Shown: piece after piece, positions 31,001-39,997 of the stretch | Layout: each line of letters begins with the position of its first letter | Numbering within the stretch: position 1 is the stretch's first letter | Assembly (NCBI GenBank): GCA_000002445.1 | Contig: CM000208.1 | Span: forward strand, 992,001-1,056,000 | DNA from: Trypanosoma brucei | Taxonomy: Eukaryota | DNA length: 64,000 bases | Reading direction: 5' to 3' | Notes under the pieces: model-generated | What the model saw: the letters and a program-made list of their open reading frames with translations, nothing else | Told to the model about the DNA's origin: nothing | Database searches by the model: none | Made by a program: the position numbers and the translations under genes

Positions 31001-31480
31001 ATCTGGAGAAAGATCATCAGCACGTGCTTCACTTAAGTTCTTCTGCAACTCAGCACATTGTTGCTTGTACCGAAACATCGCGGCCACCTCTTCCTTGCTG
31101 TTTCGCTCGTACGAGTATGATCCTGCAAAGTCTAGTACCGGGTTACGCTTCATTTGGTGGCGCCATTCGTGCAAATCAAAAGCTAAACGCATCCTCGCTA
31201 ACACGGGAAGGGGAGCTAGCGGTTCAGATAACTTTCGCGTATTGCAAATGTCATCCTCCCGCGCAACAGAACCGGAAAACTCAAACGTACAAGATCCCCT
31301 TTGCGACACGATCTTTGTGTTTGCCTCCTCACGTTTCTTCCTCTCTCTTTCCAAGAGTCTTACATATGCAGAAACCACCTTTCCATCTTCTTTGCCGACT
31401 TCTGGTAAGTTACCCGCAGTCCGCTGCGCGTAGGCAACCGATGTTGCCTCCTCGAATGATATAGAATTTGTAATATCCAT
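25025..31480 (-). CDS. Giant WD40-repeat protein with a canonical N-terminal EF-hand, 2151 aa from the first ATG
   Basis: The track ORF starts at a TTG (31504); the first ATG is at 31480..31478 (MDITNSISFEE...). EF-hand loop FRTIDADGDGLVTWDELSTYILE (about 30660..30730). Multiple WD40-like units, for example ...YVTAAWDGLVKLW, ...ILVTGSLDRTVIFWV and ...YIVTGSDDGVIQIWN. Confidence 0.7.
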   Translation of the reverse strand: MDITNSISFEEATSVAYAQRTAGNLPEVGKEDGKVVSAYVRLLERERKKREEANTKIVSQRGSCTFEFSGSVAREDDICNTRKLSEPLAPLPVLARMRLAFDLHEWRHQMKRNPVLDFAGSYSYERNSKEEVAAMFRYKQQCAELQKNLSEARADDLSPDVGIRNKCTLTSLLSTSPPGMALGDFERDIVEPFFDALFPPIVSQKQPQVEGFDALTWHGMGSDHMQFLSGNRNLSRLTYQRLNQSHVEAAENLFRTIDADGDGLVTWDELSTYILECGERSLVKGDASARRKRGKSGRTSPDEEKEKSVDYVGRILDLTTVPANTTLWQKRYPLVRFLYHTEAISHIVFIDHGRRYVTAAWDGLVKLWRTDPRLANAQGKPAIVHERNLLAAGVPILDMSCSPQSLGNVEMLVVLTIDCSVTLVRAGTAEVVKTFLGRHSVPTLPVELQNGLPKTPSCLRGGTPEESLDLLCTVDVTQLQDEDPSRVMRPEYKVRAYRRDALDILFTDVSRYFTGLGIIAPTYEHLERPQPVKTDFLSRFGVCGASSLGYRSRPATRCERPRCGTREEVVTPETTQDTGNSLESTRWVHCGSRGDGHVFEGVGSERSNRKPTPGHCASDYTDEGVAWFSRCVALANYVKFSSTSLLPTGPLMLIGFSSGVLQFYPLRAHWFDVFGQTETRLEPPESHEPLLTLKLHRAAIVKIVVSVESDIVMTVSDDCTVGVRHLSRVEVPFMTLGETVAPTGAVKLGSTGSTSLWLSQNHGHRKRITCATFHAGRAILVTGSLDRTVIFWVPSSPRPLHRLELSEFRKSATSGYPVDVAFMQPPLRPLMLMAADSKRVLYFFDVDTYQCVCVVSDDSAASLRFGEMLCARYDAVQDRLILGGYYPRVWNPKQTDDYPAGYLGHRKPVVNLVHQRKWDIWFSADEEVIIVWRPAVTEVRLGVRKAAVMFPPDTEQSQQPDESDPQLEESSASDANAHWKITTVVERSWVVDGGICCISVEQTESAHVFVALEHCRCIKEYNGLNGTLVRTFTFPSGVNELSSMACGVMEGKGTLRQSVSLLSATFEKERSLDGTTALYLLPGKSSESLSALGDNTIEAHRQIITDRVGVAAAIIYETLGIVIVGHRGGISTTPVDEVTKCPIPCTRLTDTSQHKSEGKRSIRASVSESFKRRFVGDKQQIHVSQRSSTTNALHSDSDSSDLDASARTSTRASSQKSSKFPATTDARDCQSVQTSCENTVVPAPLDLVALLPGPLVQDPVNYTREFMQKRERYLNCNEPTRVTAPSNPSNTHAENKYDVLLDDGSESVQRKSEELPPLLLFSRDFDEFLPASKRDCGFLLSEQFANLGFVSHIVPVGTTGYIVTGSDDGVIQIWNGRRRAESFRFRVTYELDAITAMEVSRDGVYIAVSDHRGHMALLDVSNINWTISSPWETEGSMHEGVILLRRWRAHKNNLTAVRFIRKTSFLASTTSEAELSPFPAESLTEASKGEGQSVRVNTFNATAPFVDRHTAVFLCASCDDGYVYVWSVLVPSVSFGNPSECTVSCIGYFGGNSEVPPKMPSLKHNPCSFEVLDVVRKEYVQKRLFPCVRELFDNRQVEAAITRAAEIVKEDMLGVRFRGGLPSAPHGALLFGTRTMSRIGLKRSGDISPRASIFWSDQSTKTDMQQGSGSGYPPSYALAFRDEFHGEHDLPALLKRLFDEVVGREFKTHVPSPISRKDSALISPHRGVFARRRTRTDTICETPREAYGVTVLHSTPQAPALREESAALSDTFSAAHRIAEAAFSCNPAFGPAGIAPVVPSMLATPLVLPNRGSSIFASEEKEKQSPVVCVPQVSRKAMSSSTERSGRDTGTTVVNMPPNCNLPPSSVYLGLLAGTVDAWVLQPEIVVRGATCAPLPRRRCSPAAGTHKSQAKKGSSPRGGSPVKNEFSFNAVPSSKAIRDHVEREKWRGVMTLLGPGSDDGSSSGRKGLQPIRGQMPSPFPVASSDHPRTRTYSSCFTVGGASTSSSKKPKRKSEQEERLRVMKTLMSWNTCPVPKVTGGKGIVSTVRPPNCKPVYEGSLLSYSDSSVASMTLPALIPPFMNVTRNVRTPSIDTSPQVKSLMTVLEEEKDVMTAVLTAALQEKEQLLLRSNTNPSKLPAIQRAQSIMGGHM

Positions 31481-31985
31481 CCTCTGTTGACAAATACGGA
31501 TCAATTTTATCTCCCGTAAAAAAGTATACGGTCTTTCTCTTTCCTTCCTTTATTCAGTCTTCAGGGGCGAAACAGTTCGAAGAAAGAATTCCACACTTTC
31601 CCCTTCGTGTTCGTCCCGGTCCACCCAGTCGGAGGTGGGTACAACTGCTTGCTTTAAACAACAACAAGTTTTTTTTTTCAACGACAAGAAACGGAAAGAA
31701 GAAAAATACGGTATAGTCCAGAATAATGACGGAAACTATGGGATTTCATAAGTTGGCCAACCAAACAGATGTCCCAATGGCAAAAATATGTATGAACAAC
31801 AAGGCGGTAATGACGACAACAAAAATGGGGTTAGCCTTCACTTAGAAGTATCTCCAACGGGAAACGATGAAAAACGTGGTTAATAAAAATAGAAGCATAT
31901 ACGGTGCGATAATTTTCTCCGTAACTTGCAAGCAACTATTGTGGAGTAAGATCACGTTTCGGTTGCCAAGTGGCATAAAGTTCCC

Positions 31986-34271
31986 CTACGCCAAATCATC
32001 ACACAATAGAAAGTGCTCGCAACAGGCGTGAAAGTACTCTGCCATAGCGCGATGACGAAAGCAGAAACGAAGGAAAGCATCAAATGTGATGTACTCTCCG
32101 GAGCGATTAGTTCCCCTACCCACCTCCTCGATCTGTACTGTCTTTTTACCAACAGTCGCTTCCCACTCTTCAGTGGCCCCACTCCGAATATATGAAAAGA
32201 GTGAATCTTCCTCTGCCAATTGTACCTGAGACTTTGTGGCCGGGCCACGCCACAAGGTAGAGTGATGTGGTACGAATAACATGTCGAGTAGCGCATCAAA
32301 CTCCGCACGTCCAAGGCGGCGCTCCTCGACAGAAAGGGCTGTTGCAGCGAGTGAAGCAGCCACAGGGGCGCATCTGTTAATGTTTTGACAAGGACGAAAG
32401 AGGAACCGCACCTTGCAACCGTAAACAGTTGTGTACGAGGAGGGACAGGTACCGGTAGGTAAGGGGCTTTCGGCACAAGATATGACATTAGCATCACCTG
32501 CTTCAACATTCTCCCGACCGGCACCTTGTACCTCGCCTACAGTTACAAACGTATCTTTAATGTGTGATCGGTATTTTTCCTGTTGTCGAAGAAGGTCCTC
32601 CCCGGCGAGCAACATCATCGCGAAAGTCCTTCGTAGTATAAAATCTAGGGCAACCTCATCATCTGCTTCCCCTTTTCGCAGTTCATCGATAAAAACCATA
32701 TGAGCATTGGAAGGGACACTACTCTCACCAGTCTTGTCACTGGCACCATGGCTGTCACTGGATCCCACGATAATGGGCTCTGTATAAAGAGCAGATAGAA
32801 AATCACGGAACGAAATATAACAACCTCGCACAGAGGCCCGCCGTGACAAATGCAGTAGCAACCGTTCGTTCAAAGTCGGGTATAACCCTATTGGAGACAA
32901 GAACCGTCCAAGGGCTGTCGGTGACATGTAACCTTTAGGTGTAATATTCATTTGCGGCTGAGGGCCACCGTCGCTCCGCTGCAGTAGGGCAGAGAACCGG
33001 TAAAGCATTCTAACCACTCGATCATACGGCATTCCCGCAAAGTGTGGATGCGCGGTTTCCACATTCACTGCATCGACGGGAAGGCTCAGCCGCGCCGCAA
33101 CAAGCGCAAGGTGAACATCTGCTTCGGAGTGCCAGGTTGCTGGAACATTAAGTGTGCTAGCCATGGCACGGCGCACTCTTTCTGCGTAGAGAGAAGGGTT
33201 CAATTTCTCCTCTTTCGATGGTTCACACACGGGGAGGTATATCACTTCTACTTGGTTGAATAACTGCGCTGCAGTCCCTAGAAGAATACTTGTTGGACTC
33301 GCCGCACCGCACCAACTGGTATTGAAGTATTTATGTGAATGCCGGAGAACAACAGGTTGAACGGGAAGTCCTGTGGCGAAGGCGTCGGTGGAAAACCGCA
33401 TCATAACACGACCATTCGTGCAGCACGGTTCAGGGAATACGACATGGGCCACGACTCCTTCCCCTCCCTCACGCACCTCCGTTTCATTACAGTCACTCAT
33501 ATCAGCAGACATTTCAGTCTGGGGATTATTGTTCGTACTTGCTTCGGTACCGTCGATTTCCTCTTGCGTTTTTTGGCGGTGCTTTAGCTCCAGGGATTTC
33601 ACAATGCGCCTATCCTCCCCGTTGTATGTCCGACCACGTAATAACATGCTAGTGAAGTTTGCCTCAGCAAGGTTTCCAGTTACTAGTGAAGCATCACATT
33701 CGAAAAGCAGAAGTAATCCGTCTTGTATCGTAACATGATTAGCAACAATAACAGGACCTACTACCCGCGAGCCGTCTGCACGCCGACCATAGTTACATTT
33801 GTTCCTACGATTAACCCGAAGGTAACCGAGGCCAAGAATAGACCAGCGTGGTAAAGTACCCGCGATGTACCGAAACAGGCAACTTACCTTGCTAAGATTA
33901 TCAACTTCTTTTGCTGCAGTATGGCATCCTCTTTTCTGGATAATCATCTCAAGTAACCAATAAAGTACTATCAGCAGGGTGATGTAAAGTACACGAAGCG
34001 GAACCAGGATAGTGGTATAAGTAATTTTCCTCAACCTCTGTAAAGGTTCATTTGATGCTGCTTCGCTGTAGTAGAATGGGTTGTCTGCTTCACGAGGCAA
34101 TGCCGGACGCGGTTTCCGGAAAGTTGGTTCCAAAGTTGGTGCACCCGTTGCATATTGGGTCCTTCGCCTGTCAGTAGCACTGCTTTGTGCTTCTGCCGCC
34201 GGTTCTTCCCCGAACCTTGTCGTCGCTTCGAGAGCTGTGGCAACATTAGAACCCGTGATAGCCCAAAACAT
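31986..34271 (-). CDS. Lysophospholipid acyltransferase, LPCAT/AGPAT-like (PlsC acyltransferase family), 761 aa, with N-terminal transmembrane helices
   Basis: Acyltransferase motif I HX4D (ANHVTIQDG, about 33720..33740), motif III FPEPCCTNG (compare FPEGTCTN of LPCAT1), and PVQPVVLRHS (compare LPCAT1 PVQPV). N-terminal hydrophobic segment LVPLRVLYITLLIVLYWLL. ATG verified at 34271..34269. Confidence 0.7.
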   Translation of the reverse strand: MFWAITGSNVATALEATTRFGEEPAAEAQSSATDRRRTQYATGAPTLEPTFRKPRPALPREADNPFYYSEAASNEPLQRLRKITYTTILVPLRVLYITLLIVLYWLLEMIIQKRGCHTAAKEVDNLSKVSCLFRYIAGTLPRWSILGLGYLRVNRRNKCNYGRRADGSRVVGPVIVANHVTIQDGLLLLFECDASLVTGNLAEANFTSMLLRGRTYNGEDRRIVKSLELKHRQKTQEEIDGTEASTNNNPQTEMSADMSDCNETEVREGGEGVVAHVVFPEPCCTNGRVMMRFSTDAFATGLPVQPVVLRHSHKYFNTSWCGAASPTSILLGTAAQLFNQVEVIYLPVCEPSKEEKLNPSLYAERVRRAMASTLNVPATWHSEADVHLALVAARLSLPVDAVNVETAHPHFAGMPYDRVVRMLYRFSALLQRSDGGPQPQMNITPKGYMSPTALGRFLSPIGLYPTLNERLLLHLSRRASVRGCYISFRDFLSALYTEPIIVGSSDSHGASDKTGESSVPSNAHMVFIDELRKGEADDEVALDFILRRTFAMMLLAGEDLLRQQEKYRSHIKDTFVTVGEVQGAGRENVEAGDANVISCAESPLPTGTCPSSYTTVYGCKVRFLFRPCQNINRCAPVAASLAATALSVEERRLGRAEFDALLDMLFVPHHSTLWRGPATKSQVQLAEEDSLFSYIRSGATEEWEATVGKKTVQIEEVGRGTNRSGEYITFDAFLRFCFRHRAMAEYFHACCEHFLLCDDLA

Positions 34272-35134
34272 AAAACACAGGATCTATTTAGATGATTGCA
34301 CCCGCAGTTAAATTTGTTACGCTATGCTTGCCAAGTTAGTAATTTTGCAAGAAAATTAAACGTTTAAAAAATAAATATAGATTACTGCAGTTGTGGCATA
34401 CACAAGACTAGGAAGAGTAGCCATTGAATGTGTCGTCAGTGAAATATCATATTCGAATAGATGGAAACGCACTCAAACAAAAGTTTAATGTGAAAAGAAG
34501 TACAAAAACGTGGGCAAACACAAGGTATGATAAAAAAGAAAGCTACGCAGAAAAAAAAAAAGCAGTGCTTCTCCGTAAAATTGAAAGAAAGTAGTAAACA
34601 GCGCTACGCGCACACATTGCAGCTATCAAAACAAATACTGAATCCACTTCAGTGCCTCCGCTCTCCATAAATATCTCACCGTACTAACAAAGAACCAAAA
34701 ACTGAAAAAACTAAAGAGAACAGAGATCACGATAAAAGAAGTCCTTCACCGGGTTTCAAAAAAAAAAAAAGAGCTTGAAACCTAAACTCTTTCGGCAGTT
34801 GGAGAGTAAATAAAATTTAAGGGAGTTCCATGGCATCACGAACGCACACACCATCCTATGGTCTAAACACAAAACCAAAACAGAAGCAACTTGGTAGAAA
34901 TAAGTAATGTGTCACAAAGCCCAATGAGCATCGTGAGGGGGAATAAACAGCAAACTCTCTCTAGTACGATAAACACTGAATAGCCAACCTCCATGAACTT
35001 TTCCCGGTAAGAAATACAACAGCATTTAGGAAAACAACGAGCGACCCAAAGAAGGAAAAGGGGAAATATCAATACTACGTTTACAAAAGACACTAAAGAA
35101 ATACATACAGCCGAAGTCACTCCCCAAAGTAGCT

Positions 35135-37810
35135 CTACATTGTAGCATTGCACAAAACACCTTGCAGCCACTCCGCATATGCCGATGGTTGCATTTCATT
35201 ACCCTCCTGAACGTCCCCAAATAACCCCCTCGTCAGCCGGCCCAATCCCATTCCTGATGTGTACTCGCGCAGCACATCGATGAGGCCAATATAACAAACA
35301 TACCTCCACGGGGTCGTAGCCTCGGCACCCGGCGCCGTCAGTGGTTCCGACAAGAAACCACCATCAAAGTCAAAGATGGAGCCGCCCCCACCTCCTGTTG
35401 CGTGTCCTTCCCCGTTGCATGACGTTGCTTCTGCGTATCCACAGTCAGTAAATGCGGAGTTGTGCATACGCATTCCAATCAAGCAACTGTAACCGACAAT
35501 ATTCATTGAAGCTAGGAAAGAAGTATCGGAAATGAACTGCGCGAGTAATTGTGCCCGCTTTAGTTTGCCACAAGTTAATAGGCGAGGCGGTGGGTCATCA
35601 TCTCTGAATACGTCCTCCCCAAAACGAGTTCGCCACGAAGCAGAAAGTGATTTCGCCTTGGACAACAACCCTACTCGTGCCCCTTTAGCGACATGAATGC
35701 GTTGAATGAAGTGCGGCGTACGAAAGACATTCTGAGTAAGTATGTAGTGCTCGCACGATTCACTTGATACCCACGCAAACGTTACAAGTGCGTAGAAGTG
35801 TGGCAATGTCGTCATACAGTTCCGTTCGCAGTAGTGAATGTATTTAAGCAAAAAACTCTCCTTCAGGAGGTAAAATTCGCTCTCTTTTAGACTCTTCAAC
35901 ACAAAGTTGCCCAAAAAAATAAGTGATTTTCCACTTTCTCCACACGAAGGAACTTCACGCCATACGCACCTGTCAGTGAGGGCCCCACGGAGCTCTGCCA
36001 TGTTCAAATTCAAAATTCCCCGCATGCGATTGAAGAATTGGGGCGCATGTACCGTCACACGCGCCATATCGGTTCGGTGCATCTGCCGCTGTCCTGACCA
36101 CGTGAAAGAATTCCCTGAAAATGCCTCCAGCAACCCGGGGTCGGTGTTTTCACTGGAGAAGGGGGGAAGCTGTCTTGGAAATGGTGCGTCAAACGTTTCG
36201 AGTAGGGGCTTGTTATGGTGGCAGCGAAAGTTTAAGTACATCGCCTCACTAAGTGCAAGTTTAAGAACACTCGGGTTGCTAAGAAACGCATCGGTCAAGG
36301 TCGCTTCAGATTTGTGCACTTTCTCCCATACAGGTTTGAGAGATGGGTGGTCGCAAATCAATTTCTCGAAGACATCACGAAGTATAGTGTGGACATACCA
36401 CGCGCGATTTCTTGATCCACGAGGATCAACCGCGTTGCCAAATTGATTGGGATTGCACAAAGTTTCCGAACAAGACGCAGAACATCCCGAATATGCCGAT
36501 GAAGAGACGTCCTCGCCAGCGGAGAGAAGCTGCGTCGTCAGTGCCAACATTCCCGAGCCGCAAGGGTTTACGGCTTCACAAGACGTACTCTTTTGATCGT
36601 CAGATACATTTTCCGTTTCGCCGACACCATTGATACCAAAAGCAGGAGTGCTAAAGGACAAACTGGTGCAGTAGGGATGCACGCGGGAGTTTTCTGGATT
36701 GTTTAGAGCCGCCTCCCCTCCGTAACACGAAACCGACACTTCCCTTAGTTCTTCCAATTGATGATCTTCCACAATTGGGTTTGCAGAACCTCCAACCTCG
36801 TGTTCATCTGCGCTACTGCACGTAACTGACGGTAAAGAGGGAAACATGTGAACTCCTTGTGGCACACCACCCTCCTCACAGAACAAAATATCTGGAGTCT
36901 GTCCCTCCCTTTCGGAGGTGGAAGGAGAAGCGACGTCCCGTTGTACGGAATGTCCCTTTACTATTTTTGGTGGCGCAGTCGATGTCTCAATGTTTTCGCA
37001 GAAATCCAACAACTCTATTGTATCCTGGGCAAGACCTCCATAGCGTATTGGGCCGGGAGCGCTACCATCCAATTCCTCAGCCTCCAATACCTCATCTCTC
37101 GAGTGGCAATCCTCCGACGTATTGCAAATATCATTATTCCCACACCGATGGCAACCAAATAAATCATTTTTGTGCCGCACCGCCCCCTCCGCGGTCCCTA
37201 AGCATGATTTTAGGAGTTCCAGTCTCACTTGGAAGTTTTCCTCCTGGGATCGGCGTCGTTGGTACTCACGTCGAAGTTGCCCTTCAAGCACGCGTATGCG
37301 TAACTTCAAAGCTTCCTCATTCTCGTGGTGTGGCGCAGTGTTAGCATTTGTCGTGTGAACGGAAACATGTCTCGATACCGTCGCTCCCACACCACAGCAA
37401 GTAAATGAGGAACAACACATTTTACTGCAGCTATCCGGTAGTGAAACTGAGCGACTGTGCGTCCACATGCGATTACCAGAGTGTGTTCCACCTCCATATC
37501 TGCAACAACACGATGAGTGTTGCCCACCTATCTCTCGTGCCGTTACTGATGAGCCTGGCAGTTTATAGAAGGGCGGTGGCTGCCTTACTTCTCCTACGTG
37601 CCACTGTACATCCTCCTCGGGTGGAGCACGTCCAGACACATCGGACTGCAGCATCCGTATCTCGATTCCCAAATTCAAACGGAGGAGGGCGGGAAGAAAA
37701 GAACAAGAAGGATGGGTAGCGGGTGAGATGACCGAAATATCGTTTAAAGCCTTAGTGTAACAAACCTTCACCACTGTTAAGTGAGGATATTGGGGCGGAA
37801 ATGGGCACAT
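35135..37810 (-). CDS. Phosphatidylinositol-phosphate kinase (PIPK) domain protein, 891 aa. The catalytic core is C-terminal, after a roughly 500-aa N-terminal region with no recognisable domain.
   Basis: PIPK core signatures: GESGKSLIFLGNFVLKSLKESEFYLLK (G-loop plus IIK-like), MNIVGYSCLIGMRMH (compare MDYSLLVGIH), GLIDVLREY (compare GIIDILQxY). ATG verified at 37810..37808. Confidence 0.7.
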   Translation of the reverse strand: MCPFPPQYPHLTVVKVCYTKALNDISVISPATHPSCSFLPALLRLNLGIEIRMLQSDVSGRAPPEEDVQWHVGEVRQPPPFYKLPGSSVTAREIGGQHSSCCCRYGGGTHSGNRMWTHSRSVSLPDSCSKMCCSSFTCCGVGATVSRHVSVHTTNANTAPHHENEEALKLRIRVLEGQLRREYQRRRSQEENFQVRLELLKSCLGTAEGAVRHKNDLFGCHRCGNNDICNTSEDCHSRDEVLEAEELDGSAPGPIRYGGLAQDTIELLDFCENIETSTAPPKIVKGHSVQRDVASPSTSEREGQTPDILFCEEGGVPQGVHMFPSLPSVTCSSADEHEVGGSANPIVEDHQLEELREVSVSCYGGEAALNNPENSRVHPYCTSLSFSTPAFGINGVGETENVSDDQKSTSCEAVNPCGSGMLALTTQLLSAGEDVSSSAYSGCSASCSETLCNPNQFGNAVDPRGSRNRAWYVHTILRDVFEKLICDHPSLKPVWEKVHKSEATLTDAFLSNPSVLKLALSEAMYLNFRCHHNKPLLETFDAPFPRQLPPFSSENTDPGLLEAFSGNSFTWSGQRQMHRTDMARVTVHAPQFFNRMRGILNLNMAELRGALTDRCVWREVPSCGESGKSLIFLGNFVLKSLKESEFYLLKESFLLKYIHYCERNCMTTLPHFYALVTFAWVSSESCEHYILTQNVFRTPHFIQRIHVAKGARVGLLSKAKSLSASWRTRFGEDVFRDDDPPPRLLTCGKLKRAQLLAQFISDTSFLASMNIVGYSCLIGMRMHNSAFTDCGYAEATSCNGEGHATGGGGGSIFDFDGGFLSEPLTAPGAEATTPWRYVCYIGLIDVLREYTSGMGLGRLTRGLFGDVQEGNEMQPSAYAEWLQGVLCNATM

Positions 37811-39177
37811 GGTTCATGCTACTCTATTCCACCGCATCACTTTATTCATTTAAAGTTGAGGAAATGTTGCCACGTGCACTCAAAAAGTCGACTTCCCTGA
37901 GTATTCCATGCGGAGAGCGAACAATTCATTAAACAACCTCACCCCTCCTCCATGCATAGTGTAAGAATTAACAGTAAGAAAGAAACAAAGACGAAACGTT
38001 GTTCGCCAGCTGATAAGTACCTGTAGCGACCCAAAAAAAAAAATTTGCGCAGAAAAGCAGGGAAGCTACCGGGGGAAAAAAAATCCTCCCACTCCCTGAG
38101 CACAAAAAACACACACCATCACAGCAGCAACTGCCGGCGGTCTCCACGCCTTGGTGTAAAGGACGGAGATACCATTATTACCACTGCGGTAATATTGCAA
38201 GCCACAACTATTACCGCTGTCACGGTTACCTTTCTGACAACGTCACATCAGCGGACACAAAAACAACCATAAGGGGGTGGGAAAAAAGAGCACTGTGGTG
38301 AGCACCCCCCGAAAAAAAGAGGGAAGGTGCTGCACTAAACCCGCTCACCGGAGTCTTTAAACAAATTAACCGCTTCGTTAAGTTCCTCGAAAATGCCATT
38401 TATGAAGTAGAAGATGAAAACTAAACAGGCTTAAATGGGATGAAGTCAGGGGAAACTTACACGATCGGCCCCCTCTACTTCTTCCTTTAACTCTGTCCAT
38501 ACAAAAGCATTCTAAAGACATTGTCCATTTGCTCCCAATCAAGCACCCATACGACTTGACAATACAACTTTACTACAGCTTTCCTTTTTTTTTCTTCACT
38601 CAAATCAACGACACTGCTATTATTGGTTGCGCACATGAAATAGTAGTAGTGGTAACAGTAACAAGCTACTGCTCATAACATCACTATAACATATTTGTTC
38701 TTTCTTTTCTTTTTTTTCGCTGATGAACCCATTACCACCCCACCCATTGCCCCTACAATTTGTCATAGGGAGCATTAGCGTTTCTAATCACCATCAATAT
38801 CTTTGGCTGCCTCATGTTTACCTCATCCTATCACTCAAAATACAATTCGTCTCAACCCCACCCCGCTTTTTCCCTCTTGGTGTCTTCATGTGCACATGCA
38901 ACTGTCTCCCTTTTTTTTTCTCTTTCCCTTCCTCTCACCATACATCCTTTACTCAACCACTCACTCACTCAATCAATTATTACATTTTATTACTCGCCCA
39001 CTTAGCAAGCTTTTTTTTTCCACTTTTCCCGGTGTATACCTCATCAACATCATCTTCTTTCCTCATGTGCAAACAAAAAAGTAATACCCAAATTAAAGTT
39101 TAATTTTGGGGGTTGGCAAAAAAAAAAAGAGAAGAAAACGTTACGACACCGCATTTCAACAAAATTGTGAAGTGTGA

Positions 39178-39438
39178 AGTGTGTGTGTGTGTGTGTGGAG
39201 AGAGAAAAGGAGAGAACAAGCAGAAGCAAACCAAATCCAACTAAAGAGAGCAAAAGGGGTAGAAAAACATTTTGTCCCATTAGTGGCACATGAAAGAAGG
39301 AAAAAGACATAAAGAAATGTATCTAGAAAGAGGGAGAGAATATGGTGATTTGAATTTAAAGAGAGAGAAAAAAGAAGAGATATGAAGAGGCGAAAACGAA
39401 AAGCCAGTTTATAAATATATAAATACATACGCACAGCT

Positions 39439-39470
<32 letters not shown>
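39178..39470. repeat. Microsatellite cluster: (GT)9-10 at about 39178..39198 and (AT)12 at 39447..39470
   Basis: gtgtgtgtgtgtgtgtgtgg and atatatatatatatatatatatat read directly. Confidence 0.9.
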
Positions 39471-39471
<1 letters not shown>

Positions 39472-39997
39472 CATTTGTCGCTTCCTTCCTCTCGTTCCTT
39501 TTTTATCAGATCTCCTTCCATTAGATCTTGTTTTGTACCCACTTTATGCCCACATTTTTTTTTCTTTCTTGCCCTTCCTCGACACTCTCTTTTATTATTT
39601 TCGTAAGTTCAAGCTCGTCATTAACATGTGTGCCCAAACATGTGCACTCACAATCTACTGAGCGCAACGGCACAGGGAAAAAATGTTTTCGGTATCAAAA
39701 AAAAGGAGAGGATGATGAGGGCAAAAAAAAGAAAAAAATTAAGTAAGCACAGGAAATAAGGGCGCATTACAGTAAAAAAAAAAAAGAAAAAAGGAAACAA
39801 CGACACAAGCAACAAAGGGATGAACGGCGGAAACAGTAATAACCAATGAAGAAAAAAAGAGTGTAGGGGATGTTGGGAATGAGTAAAAAGACACACGCAG
39901 GCAAGGGCATACAAACAGAGAGGGAGAGAGATACACAGAAGGAACATGGACGGAGGGATGGGAACGATGACAACGCTCACAAGGTACGCATAGACCA

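Noticed and set aside
31952-32524. 190-aa minus-strand ORF overlapping the 3' end of the acyltransferase gene in another frame
   Set aside because: It lies entirely inside the 761-aa CDS in an alternative frame, and the acyltransferase frame is the one carrying the conserved motifs.
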